A stretch of DNA of 64,000 nt from a virus, in IMG/VR virus record IMGVR_UViG_3300009085_000027, positions 9,935 through 73,934 of that record, one strand, 5' to 3'. The translations under genes and the position numbers were made by a program. The notes under the pieces were generated by a model. It made no database searches, was not told the origin of the DNA, and saw only the letters and a program-made list of their open reading frames with translations. Below are positions 38,401 to 48,291 of this stretch, one piece after another. Numbering within the stretch: position 1 is the first letter of the stretch; each line of letters begins with the position of its first letter.

Positions 38401-39145
38401 CCCCCTCGATATCGAAACTCGCCCTGCCATCAAGTCGCACGGCCTGTCCCACTGGAGACACCCGATCAGGGCCAGCAACCGCCGTCGGCGGGAAGTTCGG
38501 GATCACGAGGTCTGAGGCAAGGCGAAGAGCGACGATCTCCATCTTGCTGGGCTCTGCGGGTCTGCCCAGGACAAAGACCTCGAACAGATCACTGATCCCC
38601 GGAGGAGTGGGCTCCACCGGGATGATGTATCGAATCTCAGGGGTGACTCCCGCGGCATCCCCGATGTAGACGTAGGCCCTGCCCAGAGTGCTATCCACTG
38701 CGACACGGATCGTGCGGAACTCCGACGCGATTTCCTGTGTGGTCGACGTCGTGTCCGGCAAAGCAGTGACGCTACCGAAGTCGTCTACACGACTCACCGC
38801 CACACCCGTGGTGGCGAAGTAGATGCTCACCCCACGACCTGTACTGTCCGCAATGGTGATGCCCGCACGGGCGCTGGCAAGATCCCCTGTGTCGTGGGGC
38901 ATCTTCGGGAAACGCGCGGAAATCTCTATGGTGAACCGGGAGGGCACAGCGGTGTTGAACACCAAGCTGGCCTCCACGCCGTCTGCTGACTCCGCGGAAA
39001 GAACAGTGAGGTCGGAGGAGTACGTAAAGTACGGCAGAACCCCAGGGGTGATAGTGAGATCACCGGGTCCCAGCGACAACAGACTACCAATGGTGGTGCT
39101 GTCGAAGTCCGCGAGGTTCCATGTCGCCGAGGTCGGAAGTGCCAT
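35444..39145 (-). CDS. large baseplate wedge protein with PKD-like domain
   Basis: PPTAVAGPD..VRLDGRASFD...PGIYRFELIVTDG; C-terminal SKVKPTYT; internal duplication. Confidence 0.75.
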   Translation of the reverse strand: MALPTSATWNLADFDSTTIGSLLSLGPGDLTITPGVLPYFTYSSDLTVLSAESADGVEASLVFNTAVPSRFTIEISARFPKMPHDTGDLASARAGITIADSTGRGVSIYFATTGVAVSRVDDFGSVTALPDTTSTTQEIASEFRTIRVAVDSTLGRAYVYIGDAAGVTPEIRYIIPVEPTPPGISDLFEVFVLGRPAEPSKMEIVALRLASDLVIPNFPPTAVAGPDRVSPVGQAVRLDGRASFDIEGAALGYLWRVFDVPYGSAYGVDKSTGATTDDGDTDGVTTVLSFTPNSLPAWVTDGDVLVIAGIRAVINAVDNPGGTLSVTQDVIPDSLGASPFRIIRQSLLSEADTETPYFLPDAPGIYRFELIVTDGESASEPSEVLASIVSSRAPLGEEPDVSPIWKGLGDDWGFVENRGVFEEAWKGAAQILAGRMLEVWQHHYNYSLRDAQRVFQRKWLAYRSLIEETDPTEVEISVRYGSISAGQEFEVSTPTVTGNTLVFEYPNGSDPSATTTTSVTLTGDTVYQIVADVNAALIGSGIRAYGHGIRSIAPSCLHSGTGSTVDDGDSDGFTAVFDFPALSLPSWAFAGDTLVIPDVGRFEITTVNNPGGSLTVVGESIPDNLGSTVFFIFRSCRLSFKANRAFRITPASTAAADLDITTDVFNYVSGSTGSIITDRVYYAGGSADLVESGVQRGDLLVLNNGQSFVIDRVLSSDDDPLLNQRVLLTSSLPLDATAEWEIPSVVRSTVDYETLGSYPGDMVKAEVFAVSTSATTDVRGTVVAQKSTQLAAHLDGFFGALLDPEAFEIRLLGVKRRKALPIHEEIVGIPRLQDKIPVSASPTLWMENTDYILEPFYREIDGSAIPMLQFRDSVFITPDLEPPDIFWAELTLFSNEPNVEDLFGTLAGFLRDDAANLPDDFNYVAGVAGLIYAQQRGPSVFAVQVGAQILFGQPFAEVAGTIEEIRYDFSPTSGRVLIRDYTGDTSITSETVRTYYYKKDPLNLTQTSGLAINPETDLPWATGDSIPQFSPIGGGVDIIDLYNDPTWYIPFVRGGLLTEIEKFHYFLVQFNLDLVSISNLSLLFSFISKVKPTYTHPLLLGLRQVDDTIDPVDELDGTLNVNLFDSTCPSGRVYSYDDYRGDGTLWSEFDDGITYFDGIVDCPEDYIEFLLTIVWGGGIITFDSVFFADTLVTDVFGTYVLPGGTFSPTYDMNLPAGTYVVTAVVKSGGVVLP

Positions 39146-39168
39146 GCCGCCGTGATACTCTACACCGA

Positions 39169-39474
39169 ATGAGACTCAAACCACTACCCCCAGGTCTAGC
39201 CAGCTTCTTGATCCGTGACGAGCAAGACGCCCTGACCCCACTCGTAGAATCCCGCAATCACAGGATCAAGTCCAAGCCATGCCCAAGATGCCGGGGCAAC
39301 ATGCACCCCACCATCATGGCAGACTACGTGTTCTCCCCGCATGACCCGCTGCCGAAGACCGTAGGTCGTTGTGTTGATTGCAGCCTGGTCCTGGACCCCC
39401 AAACCAACCTGATCCTCGAGACCGGGAATCCCGCAAACATTGAGGATCCGTTCAAGATCGATGTCCAGGACTAG
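39169..39474 (+). CDS. small Zn-ribbon protein antisense to the baseplate operon
   Basis: CPRC...CVDC; fills the gap between two minus-strand genes; TGA-TACTCT 7 nt before ATG. Confidence 0.75.
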   Translation: MRLKPLPPGLASFLIRDEQDALTPLVESRNHRIKSKPCPRCRGNMHPTIMADYVFSPHDPLPKTVGRCVDCSLVLDPQTNLILETGNPANIEDPFKIDVQD

Positions 39475-42400
39475 CGGATGCCACTCGAAGAAGTCCGCCT
39501 CACAACGAGACTTCCGGGCAGGTAACGCTGAGACCGTACGGTGTCTACGAAGTCGGTGACCACTAAGCCGCTGATGGCTCGATCCATGCCGTGGTAGATA
39601 ACCACGAACAGAGGTGCCCTACGGCCTGTGGTGTCGTCGCTCTGGGTGAACACCGACACCGCGCCACGACGACGCAAAGCATCGACGAGATCTGTGACCT
39701 CCAGCTGGTCCCCCGGGGCAATCCCGTCTAGGAGCTCCTCCAAAGCACGCCTCATGTTGGCTTCGGTCTCGCCAGAGGAGTAGCCCCAGTTCAGAGCCAC
39801 ATAGTGAGGCAGTAGGTGTCGCACCAAGATCTCTTCACAGAGGACGCGCTGGAACTTGGAGTCTGAGAAGCTCTGGACGTCGTCCACGAGCTGGCTTCGC
39901 TCGTAGTTGACCTGCACGTTCTGCTGACTGAGCTGCACAGCCTCGATCGGATCATCAGGGCTACCCACCAACTGGATGGACCGACTGATCTCGGCGAAGA
40001 GCCGCTCTGCCCGACTGAACGATGTCGACGCGTTCTCGGTGCGCAAGCGATAGCCGTCACTGCGGTGACCGCTAATGTCCAAGCCAACCCCGGCGTCAAG
40101 GTTGGAGACGTCCCCAGGAGCCAAGCCCTGGAGCTCGACGTCGGCGTAGTACAGGTCAGTGTCATCGGCGTTGTCGCTCATCTCGGTGGACGACACGCGC
40201 TGTACGTACCGAAGGATTCGATAGTGGGTCTCAATCACTGACCCACCAGACAAAGGCGTGGCTGTGGCGAGTTGGATCTGGTTTGCCCCGGACACAGCGG
40301 ACACCACGTATGTGGCCTTGGCGGGGTGATCCGTATTGCTCGGCGCCGTAATCCCGAGCTCCGCGCTGGCAGTGGTATTGATCAGTTCAATCCTGCGATT
40401 GGACTTCAGAACTAACTGACCCAGACCGTTCAGGCTGGCGATGTCCTCATCGACCTGGGTGTTGATGTAGTCGACGACATCTTGTCTTGGCATGTCGAAG
40501 GGGAACGACACCAGGATGATGGGATCGGAATCCAGGCGTAGGCTCAGGGTCTTGGCATTGACGAGTACGTCCCCAGAGGGAGGCAACATCACCGACCCTG
40601 TGATTGGCACGTAGAGGACCTCGACGAGGTCTCCGGCTTTGATGCCAGCGGCGTAGAAGTCCAGACTGGCGTCAGACAGGGTGTTGAACCCAGAGTCAGT
40701 AACGCCTGTGTTAGGAAGGTCCGGGCTCGGTGGAGCCGGTCGGATCACTCTGGTGTTGTCGGGATCCGGGATGTAGACGAGGTCTTGGTTCTCAACAGTC
40801 GTCACGAATCGCGTCGTCGCGTAGTCGAACTCTGCTGAGGTCGGGGCCAGGAAGTAGACTCTGGCTGAACCCACACTGGGTCGCGCAATCCGAACCCGAC
40901 TGGCTAGTGCGGGGCGGAACACAACGGAGTTGTACAACGCAGTGGTCCCGGAAGGACCCAGTGGCCCACTACCGACCCGGATTCTCCAAGTGTTGCCGAA
41001 GAACGCGGGGTTCTCGACCAAACGACCCTGGGTCCCGGAGTTGTTGCCATCTACGAACTCGATGACATCACCGGCACGGAGTTTGACGCCGTTGAGATTG
41101 CCGTCGCGGGCCACGATCTCGGTGTTGCAGACTCCAGCAACAAGGCCCAGTACAGACCCCACAGTGCCGGTCTCGGCAGTGACCTTGAATGCCATGGACG
41201 TGACGATGCCTACGACGTACTCGTCTGTTGTACCCGTAGGAATCACTACGGCGGATACCCCGGCAGCCAGCATAGCGACATTCGCATTGATCAGTGCAGC
41301 TATGCCTGCAGGGGTGTAGGCCGCCGCAGGGATCACGAGCGTTCCACTCGTCGGGAACGTCCAACCCGTTTCAGGTGGCGTGGTCTGCCAGCTCAGTGTG
41401 CCGTTCACAGCGATAGGTGCTGTGGACAGCCAGGGTGTAGTGCGAGCCCCGGAATCCACCAATCCGTCAAAGACGAAACCACCACCCTCGTTCTGGAACG
41501 CGTTGCTGACGACGAGGACAGGGTCTCGATACGGGATCGTGGTTCCGCTGGGAGCACCACTACTGTCCAGGAGCTCAAGTGACGTGACCCGGACCACTGG
41601 GGTTTCCACGGCCTCGGAGCGGGTGAAGACGCGGTACGACACAGCACTGAGACTTCGTACGGCCACGGGGTCAATCTTCAGGCTCACGGCCCCGACCTCC
41701 GTGATGGTGAAGTCACCGCCGTAGAGGTCGTCTTGGATCTCGAGGATGTCTCCGATCTGAACATTGGCGTCCACGAAGTTCGTGGATGATGCAGTCACCA
41801 CGGTGTCACTTCCGCCCGAGGTGATGAGGTCCGCACCAGTCACCTTGATGTCCTTGGGGTCGGTGAGCTCCACGTCAATGGTGTCGACCACCTTCCAGGA
41901 CAGGTTGGTCTGAGACCCCGTCATGGTGGTGTCCAAGGTGAGAAGCCCACCGGTCGAGGTCAAGATTCTGTAGGAGTTGGCGTCAGCCCCTTCCTCAAGG
42001 ACCAGGCTCATCCCAGGCTCGAAGAGTGCCTGCTGCAGCACCGTACTATCACTGAGGTCTACGACGCTGGTGGCATTGGTGATCGCATTGATCCCACTGG
42101 CCACGGGGTTCTCATCCGACAGGTTTGTGATCTGGGCTGTAGCATCCTCGGTCTCGCCAGCGACGTAGACGTCCGTCTTACCGCCGATGTGGATCTCGTC
42201 CCCGGTGATTTCCAGAGTGCCGTCCGCTGAGTCCGGAAGGGTGATGCCACCTGGAATGTCCGTAATAGTGAGGAGCCTCTGCCGAAGCATCCAGGTCACG
42301 GTAGTGGACGAGCCCGCGGTGAGGACCGGGATTTCATCGGAGATTTCCACCTGTGTGGCAGACAGGACCCGAACAATCTCTGAGTCCAGGGCTACGAGCC

Positions 42401-43445
42401 CGGCGCCAGCGTCGTAGATGACAGTCAGGAACCAACCCGACACCGTGGACCCCACGGCCCCTACACGACTGGTGAACTGCCCCGTCGGTGCCGAGACCAC
42501 AGGGCTGGTGGGGTCTGCGTCGAGGTCGTCCGCTACGGTCCCGGCGCCGTAGAAGGCACCGAACACATCATTGGCTGGGATCGGTCCGAGACTGCCACCA
42601 CGAACTACGTCGCGTTCCATCTCGGGGTCTCGGAACCCGACGGAGAAGACCTGGCGTATGCCGGGGAACGACTCGGTAAGGGTCGCAATGATCCCGCGCT
42701 CCACAGTCAGGGTCTTGTCGCTGAGACCGGACTGTACGCGAGCGGCGTAGTCCAAGGAGGTCTCTCGGGGCTCACCGCCACGGAACCTCCGGATGTTTCG
42801 GACCCTAGTCGCGGTGGGCAGGTTCGCGATGCTGACAACCTCATTGGGTTCGACGTTGTAGTCATCACCCCGATTCTCAGCCGTGTAGTTGACATCGAAG
42901 TAGTACTCCGAGCCCTCTACGTTGAGTAGCATCTGGTCCGCTGTGATCTGTTGCGGTCGCGTCGGGAAGAACCGCTTCCCAGACCGAGTAGAGCCCGGAT
43001 TCACCAGTGTCAGGCTCAAGCTCTGGGGCGATGCGAAGTAGACACGGATCACACCGACGGAGTAACCACCACTCCGCCTGGACTCGAAGAAGTTGCCCAT
43101 CAAGGCATCGACCTCGTCGTCCGCCAGGCTCTCAATATTCCGCAGTGAGCTGCGCAACTTCACCAGCTTGATCTCACGAACCACGGGTTCAATGATGACC
43201 CGCATCGGATCGATCAAGACATCGGTGAGCTCATCGGCCTCTGTGATGGCCAAGTCCGGGAATGCCTGACGCACCCGGTCCCGGATGAAGGTCTCGATGT
43301 CTTCATCGAAGGGATCTGTACCCACCCGAGACATGATTGGCTCAACGAGCTCGGCCTGGGCCCGCGACCCATCAGTGAGGTCAATGTCGGGGTCGTACCG
43401 GATGAGTGCGTCTTCGATGAAGGTCTTGAGGTCGCTGAGAGCCAT
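39471..43445 (-). CDS. baseplate J-like protein with large insertions (1324 aa)
   Basis: LMGNFFESRR, AENRGDDYNV, FRGGEPRET..YAARV, GGKTDVYV. Confidence 0.8.
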   Translation of the reverse strand: MALSDLKTFIEDALIRYDPDIDLTDGSRAQAELVEPIMSRVGTDPFDEDIETFIRDRVRQAFPDLAITEADELTDVLIDPMRVIIEPVVREIKLVKLRSSLRNIESLADDEVDALMGNFFESRRSGGYSVGVIRVYFASPQSLSLTLVNPGSTRSGKRFFPTRPQQITADQMLLNVEGSEYYFDVNYTAENRGDDYNVEPNEVVSIANLPTATRVRNIRRFRGGEPRETSLDYAARVQSGLSDKTLTVERGIIATLTESFPGIRQVFSVGFRDPEMERDVVRGGSLGPIPANDVFGAFYGAGTVADDLDADPTSPVVSAPTGQFTSRVGAVGSTVSGWFLTVIYDAGAGLVALDSEIVRVLSATQVEISDEIPVLTAGSSTTVTWMLRQRLLTITDIPGGITLPDSADGTLEITGDEIHIGGKTDVYVAGETEDATAQITNLSDENPVASGINAITNATSVVDLSDSTVLQQALFEPGMSLVLEEGADANSYRILTSTGGLLTLDTTMTGSQTNLSWKVVDTIDVELTDPKDIKVTGADLITSGGSDTVVTASSTNFVDANVQIGDILEIQDDLYGGDFTITEVGAVSLKIDPVAVRSLSAVSYRVFTRSEAVETPVVRVTSLELLDSSGAPSGTTIPYRDPVLVVSNAFQNEGGGFVFDGLVDSGARTTPWLSTAPIAVNGTLSWQTTPPETGWTFPTSGTLVIPAAAYTPAGIAALINANVAMLAAGVSAVVIPTGTTDEYVVGIVTSMAFKVTAETGTVGSVLGLVAGVCNTEIVARDGNLNGVKLRAGDVIEFVDGNNSGTQGRLVENPAFFGNTWRIRVGSGPLGPSGTTALYNSVVFRPALASRVRIARPSVGSARVYFLAPTSAEFDYATTRFVTTVENQDLVYIPDPDNTRVIRPAPPSPDLPNTGVTDSGFNTLSDASLDFYAAGIKAGDLVEVLYVPITGSVMLPPSGDVLVNAKTLSLRLDSDPIILVSFPFDMPRQDVVDYINTQVDEDIASLNGLGQLVLKSNRRIELINTTASAELGITAPSNTDHPAKATYVVSAVSGANQIQLATATPLSGGSVIETHYRILRYVQRVSSTEMSDNADDTDLYYADVELQGLAPGDVSNLDAGVGLDISGHRSDGYRLRTENASTSFSRAERLFAEISRSIQLVGSPDDPIEAVQLSQQNVQVNYERSQLVDDVQSFSDSKFQRVLCEEILVRHLLPHYVALNWGYSSGETEANMRRALEELLDGIAPGDQLEVTDLVDALRRRGAVSVFTQSDDTTGRRAPLFVVIYHGMDRAISGLVVTDFVDTVRSQRYLPGSLVVRRTSSSGIR

Positions 43446-43452
43446 GTTCGTC

Positions 43453-44094
43453 CTACGCCGAAAGGGTTGCAGCGCCGCGCAACCCGCTGTGAGAGGTCAA
43501 CACCACTGTCACGTACAGGGCTGTGCCCGAGGGGTCTACACTGATACCGCTGATCTCCGCACTGAGCAGCCGCTCGGAGGGTGGGATGTTTCGTTCCGGG
43601 GTCTGAACACTGATGACGTACTGCTTCGCGGCATTGACCGCGATGGCGACGTCCGCTGCGGCCTTGTCGTCGAGAACACCACCAACCCGTTTGAGCATCC
43701 CTCCACCACTACGGCGGTGGAAGATGTTTGACCCCGGAGTTCTCAAGAGCTGACGAAGGAACACCTGCATAAGCCGTAAGATCCCTCGAGCCTTTCGCGG
43801 ACGGGTACCGAAAGTGAGCTCTACGATGCTGCGCTCAGTCAGGGTCAGAGAGCTGCTCATGACCACCACATCAGTGATCAAGGAATCCTGCAACGGCTCA
43901 GGAACCTCGGCCACCAGTTCAGTCCTGGAATAGACCACGAACTCGGGTGCCGCAAAACTGTTGATCAGCACCTGCTCGACGTTCTTGAAGTCGTCGCCCT
44001 TCACAATGATGCTTCGTGGGGTGATGCCTACGGCGTTGCGGATCTCATTGACACGCAGAACATCAAGCAGTCTGACGACCTGAATCGAATCCAT
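43453..44094 (-). CDS. baseplate wedge gp25-like protein with N-terminal IPT-like domain
   Basis: LRQLLRTPGS..GGG, PPSERLLS; directly upstream of baseplate J. Confidence 0.65.
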   Translation of the reverse strand: MDSIQVVRLLDVLRVNEIRNAVGITPRSIIVKGDDFKNVEQVLINSFAAPEFVVYSRTELVAEVPEPLQDSLITDVVVMSSSLTLTERSIVELTFGTRPRKARGILRLMQVFLRQLLRTPGSNIFHRRSGGGMLKRVGGVLDDKAAADVAIAVNAAKQYVISVQTPERNIPPSERLLSAEISGISVDPSGTALYVTVVLTSHSGLRGAATLSA

Positions 44095-44096
44095 GT

Positions 44097-44420
44097 CTAC
44101 TCCTCAGACTCCGGTGCGGTGTTGACATCAGAAGCGTTGTCATGCCTGCGGAATAGATCTGGTGGCGTAGCCTTCATGGCTTCGATGTTGGCGACTAGGT
44201 CGGCTCGGACCCGGCGGAGCCTCTGCAGGCGACTCGGGTTGATGGGGTCTGTGGTCGTTTCGAGCCGGGCGATGTGCTGGTCCATCAGCTCTTCGATGCT
44301 GAGGGCAGCGTAAGTGTCCCGGACCTCTTTGCTGCGAAGCTCACCAACGGCGTTGGCTACAACGCGGCGGAACTCCCGGAGCTGGGTCCTCGAAGCACTT
44401 CGTGGTGTAGATTCTGGCAC
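44097..44420 (-). CDS. hypothetical protein
   Basis: Fills the gap; TGA-TAGAGT 6 nt before GTG. Confidence 0.65.
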   Translation of the reverse strand: MPESTPRSASRTQLREFRRVVANAVGELRSKEVRDTYAALSIEELMDQHIARLETTTDPINPSRLQRLRRVRADLVANIEAMKATPPDLFRRHDNASDVNTAPESEE

Positions 44421-44435
44421 GACCTGACTCTATCA

Positions 44436-47018
44436 TCAGTAGGACTTGTCGTCTTTGGCTGCGGGGTCATAGGGGTCGGGTTGGAAACTCACGGCTCTGA
44501 CGTCCTGGATCACGTTCTGTCCCGCAGCGTACTTCGATACTGGCACAACTTCCCTCGCCGCTGTGGCAGCTTTTCGCACCACCCAGGTCGAGTAGGACAC
44601 GCCATCGGCATCCATCGAGAACAACTCCTTGACCCCCAGGGTGAGGAACAGATCAAGGGCGCGGTCGAAGCCCTGCTCCCGCAAGGTGTTGACCGCATTA
44701 TCCACTGTTGGTTCTCGAGCCACGACGTAGAGGTCTAGTGTAGTAGCCATGTCCTCAAGATCAGCTATGTAGTCCAGGACCCCAGCCTCAATCGCACCAG
44801 CGTATCGAGCGCCATTGATCAGCCTAGACATCAGTCTGTCCAAGACTGCGAAGTTCAGGGCGTAGGTGGAGTTCAGGTATGTAGAGACCCCGGCTTGTAG
44901 GGCCTCGTACTGCACAGCCCTGGAGCTCCGAACGGCGTAGGTCCAGGCCCCGGGCTCGTACAGCACTGGATTGGACAGAGCCAGGCGCGAGGGGTCTACA
45001 GAAGAGATATCTGCGGTGTACGTGATCAGTCCAGGCGACACGAGGTCTAGGGTATCCCCGACTCTCACGCCGCGAACCACGAAGTCACCAGATCCGGAGA
45101 GCTCGAACACCGAGAGTGAAGCCCGCTGCTCTGGCCCTGTGGGTAGGCCCAACGCCGTAGCACCGGTTCCGGCAAGTGCTGTGATCCCCGAAGTCGTCGT
45201 GGTGCCTCGGCTAGATACGGAGAGTACAGATGTGAACACCACAGTGCTCAGAGCGCTATCAGCACCCAGGAAACCGCGGTCCATGTCGATGAAGCCGTCA
45301 CCCGCGACGACGACCCTGTAGTACCCGGTGTTGTCCGACAGGTCTGTGCCTATGGTTCGGACGCGCGCACCCACCGGTATCCCGGAGTAGTCCGGACCGA
45401 TGTAGTAGTCCAAGACACCGGCGGTCGCCGGCGCATCCAGGACCAGGGTGTCGCCGTTGACCTCAACGATGCCAAATACCGCGGAGTACGGCAGGCTCAC
45501 GACGAGGCGCATCCCTGGAGTCACCAGAGCCGAGAAGTTGCGAGATGGGCTCACCACAGAGGTGGTGCCGCTAGCCACGAGGTCCACACCCTGGTCTCTT
45601 CGATCCCAGATCCGGGCTTCCTCCCCAATGAGCGAGGTCCTGACCCCGGTGAACTCAGCGAGGACCGTGTCGACCACCGAGGTGCCTGCCAAGGACGCGG
45701 ACCGGGATATCACACCAGCCACGGTCGCCGCCGTGATGGGGCGGTACCTGCCCTCCACCAAACCACCAAACGCCCAGCTCACAAACCGAAGCCGATCGGC
45801 CGTCGAGGCGTCCGTACGGAGCAAGCTGCTATCAGCCTCCGACTCGGACTGGAACACCAGCTGAGAGGTCGCAGCGTCCCAAGTTACGGACACCCCGGCC
45901 AGAATCGAGTCCAGCTTGGTCGCCGCGTCGGTGCCGGTGGCCCAAGGCGCCAGAGGAGCGCCGCCGGCATGGGGGTCTCCGCTGACCACACCAGCGAAGT
46001 CGAGGTAGAACGCCACCTCAGATGGCGCCGTGGGCCCCGAGGGGAAGCTCAGGGGCTGAGACCGCACCTCGGCCCGGGAACTGCCGGGAAGGGCCACCAC
46101 GGGCAGGGAGCTGGCCGTGTTGAGGCTCAGGGACAGAACCGTGCCAGGGTCGTAGTTGTACGGCGCCGAGACCAAACCCACGACGGAGGGCTCGAGCCCC
46201 GGGGAGTCGATAAATGCACCCGTAATGGAATCCCCTGTCTTGGGCATCAAGTCGGTCTCTGGGGACCGGAAGGAAGACGCCTTGGTCATCAGGGTCCGCA
46301 TGACCAAGAGGTCGAGCATGGCTTCCCGGCTCTCGGCGATAGCCGTGGGGCCTTCAAGGGTGCTCTGGAGCTCGTCGAGGCGATCCTGAATCTTGGACAC
46401 AATGGTACGGACCGCTCGCTCCGGCAGTTTTACTGCGGCAAGGGCGGTGAGGGCGCCGGCGATGTTCTCGGCAAGAGTCTGGATCTGGTCGTGTCGATCC
46501 ACGGCACTGGCCCAGGTCGTGGAGACCACGGCACGGAGCTCGTCAGCAGTCTCAATCACGACACCGGCATCCACGGTGTTCTTCACCAGCTCGGTGTTCA
46601 CGAACTTTGAAATGCTTCGCCTGAACCTGTCCACAGCAGGCCCGATACTCCCTTGGATGCCACTGGACCTGGAGTTGAGGCCCGCGGCCAGCTCCAGGGT
46701 TGCGGACTTCGCATTCACCAGCTCCGATGTGGAGTTGATCTTCTTAGACTGGCGTGTTGTGTTGGGTCCGGCATCTGTGATCCTGCTGAGATCACTGAGT
46801 TGCTCACTGACCAATGCCTTCAACCGGTTCTTGGCCAGGTAGATGGTATAGAAATAGGCATCCGGCCGAAGCAGGAGGGTGGTGGTCAGTAGGTCGTAGA
46901 CCGAGCTGCGGAGATCTACGGTGTCTCTGGCCCCGGTACTGAGGCGGTTGGCTTTGACTTCGACGAGTAGGAAGCGGTTGATGCTGTCCTGCACCTCGGA
47001 GTCGGTGAACCCCGCCAT
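44436..47018 (-). CDS. large structural protein (860 aa), helical ends and beta-rich middle
   Basis: Long ORF; shares V..GD.L modules with baseplate proteins. Confidence 0.75.
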   Translation of the reverse strand: MAGFTDSEVQDSINRFLLVEVKANRLSTGARDTVDLRSSVYDLLTTTLLLRPDAYFYTIYLAKNRLKALVSEQLSDLSRITDAGPNTTRQSKKINSTSELVNAKSATLELAAGLNSRSSGIQGSIGPAVDRFRRSISKFVNTELVKNTVDAGVVIETADELRAVVSTTWASAVDRHDQIQTLAENIAGALTALAAVKLPERAVRTIVSKIQDRLDELQSTLEGPTAIAESREAMLDLLVMRTLMTKASSFRSPETDLMPKTGDSITGAFIDSPGLEPSVVGLVSAPYNYDPGTVLSLSLNTASSLPVVALPGSSRAEVRSQPLSFPSGPTAPSEVAFYLDFAGVVSGDPHAGGAPLAPWATGTDAATKLDSILAGVSVTWDAATSQLVFQSESEADSSLLRTDASTADRLRFVSWAFGGLVEGRYRPITAATVAGVISRSASLAGTSVVDTVLAEFTGVRTSLIGEEARIWDRRDQGVDLVASGTTSVVSPSRNFSALVTPGMRLVVSLPYSAVFGIVEVNGDTLVLDAPATAGVLDYYIGPDYSGIPVGARVRTIGTDLSDNTGYYRVVVAGDGFIDMDRGFLGADSALSTVVFTSVLSVSSRGTTTTSGITALAGTGATALGLPTGPEQRASLSVFELSGSGDFVVRGVRVGDTLDLVSPGLITYTADISSVDPSRLALSNPVLYEPGAWTYAVRSSRAVQYEALQAGVSTYLNSTYALNFAVLDRLMSRLINGARYAGAIEAGVLDYIADLEDMATTLDLYVVAREPTVDNAVNTLREQGFDRALDLFLTLGVKELFSMDADGVSYSTWVVRKAATAAREVVPVSKYAAGQNVIQDVRAVSFQPDPYDPAAKDDKSY

Positions 47019-47020
47019 AC

Positions 47021-47467
47021 CTATTCCTCCTTGATGGAGTTGTTCAGCTTCTGGATATCGTCGCGCTTGAGCCGGGTCGCGGCGTCGCGAATCTGTTTGG
47101 AGTCCAGATCAAGGAGCATGCAGATATGCTTGAATGTGTAGCGACCATCCTCATCCATGGATTCTTCGCCATCCCAGAACAACCAACCCGCGGCATCCTC
47201 GGCCAGGCCGTGGCGCTCGGGGTCCTTCTTGGGGTCGCAGTCCCGGTATAGGGCGAAGTCCCAGACCGCTCGTCTGACTATGGCGACGAGCAGGCGTTGG
47301 GTTGGGGTTGGTTGGGGTCCTCGATCTTTGGACCAGTCGACGTCTACAGAGACACTATGAGACGACGACGGATACGACCCCTCCAGCGATGCCGGTGTCT
47401 GGGATGCGTACGATCGATGTGTCTTTGCGCGTGACACGGAGAGTCGTTGAGCCTGCAGAAAGTCCAT
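47021..47467 (-). CDS. hypothetical protein (start uncertain)
   Basis: Protein-like core RLLVAIVRRAVWD...AAGWLF...FKHICMLLDLD; the nearest ATG overlaps the upstream gene by ~110 nt. Confidence 0.6.
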   Translation of the reverse strand: MDFLQAQRLSVSRAKTHRSYASQTPASLEGSYPSSSHSVSVDVDWSKDRGPQPTPTQRLLVAIVRRAVWDFALYRDCDPKKDPERHGLAEDAAGWLFWDGEESMDEDGRYTFKHICMLLDLDSKQIRDAATRLKRDDIQKLNNSIKEE

Positions 47468-48269
47468 GGAGTGTGAGAGTACCTGTCTCGACCGTAACTG
47501 TCGCAATGCTGGTGTCGTCGACAGCGTACTTCACATCCTCAGTCGCTGTCCCGGTTAGTGTGCGGAAATCAGACGCCACGAGCTCTGGGACCAGGACAAG
47601 GCTACCACCAACACCCAGTGTCCAGGGACCTACTGGGTCGAACTCTACAACAGCAACAACGGGAAACAACAAATCATTGAGGTTGACTGCGCTTCGGTCT
47701 GGGACGGCGATCTCGCGTTGAACGTTCTCCTGGCTCTCTACAGTGGCTAGGTACTTCCCGAATCGGAAGAGATCAACACTGGCGTACCCGGTATTGTCCG
47801 TACGGATCGCAACTCGTTCGCCGAGAACTCCGATCCCATCGACAATCAAGGGGTTGAAGCACGGGATGAGATGGATGTCGATCCCGCGGCGGGGGATGCC
47901 ATTGGGCCCGTAGATGTAGCCGGAAGCTCGACACAACCTGGGGTTGGTGGCTTGGGGCAAAACAAACGTCGTTGCTGTGACCAGGAAGTTGTTGGCCCCT
48001 GTTGGTGCCAACGCCGCTGGGGAGTAGACCTCGATGTACTGTGGCGAAACCACAGATCCACCCGAGACGTAGAACCTGAGTTGGTAAGACACCGGGGAGG
48101 CATCGCCGTTGAGGGTGAACATCACCTTGCCTGGCAGATACGACCCCGTGGTTCCCTCCGTGATGAACGTGGTCCCGGTGTCATCGAAGACCCTGACTAC
48201 GACGCCATCCACTGGCTGCGGGGTCAGTTGATCGTCCTGGGCGCTTACCACTACGGTTTCGAGGGCCAT
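47355..48269 (-). CDS. virion protein with prealbumin-like and Ig-like (Big_2) domains
   Basis: PVDGVVVRVFD, TDNTGYASVDL, DDTSIATV..GSTTLRVT. Confidence 0.75.
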   Translation of the reverse strand: MALETVVVSAQDDQLTPQPVDGVVVRVFDDTGTTFITEGTTGSYLPGKVMFTLNGDASPVSYQLRFYVSGGSVVSPQYIEVYSPAALAPTGANNFLVTATTFVLPQATNPRLCRASGYIYGPNGIPRRGIDIHLIPCFNPLIVDGIGVLGERVAIRTDNTGYASVDLFRFGKYLATVESQENVQREIAVPDRSAVNLNDLLFPVVAVVEFDPVGPWTLGVGGSLVLVPELVASDFRTLTGTATEDVKYAVDDTSIATVTVETGTLTLHGLSAGSTTLRVTRKDTSIVRIPDTGIAGGVVSVVVS

Positions 48270-48291
48270 GGGAAGAGCCTATCTCAGTCGG

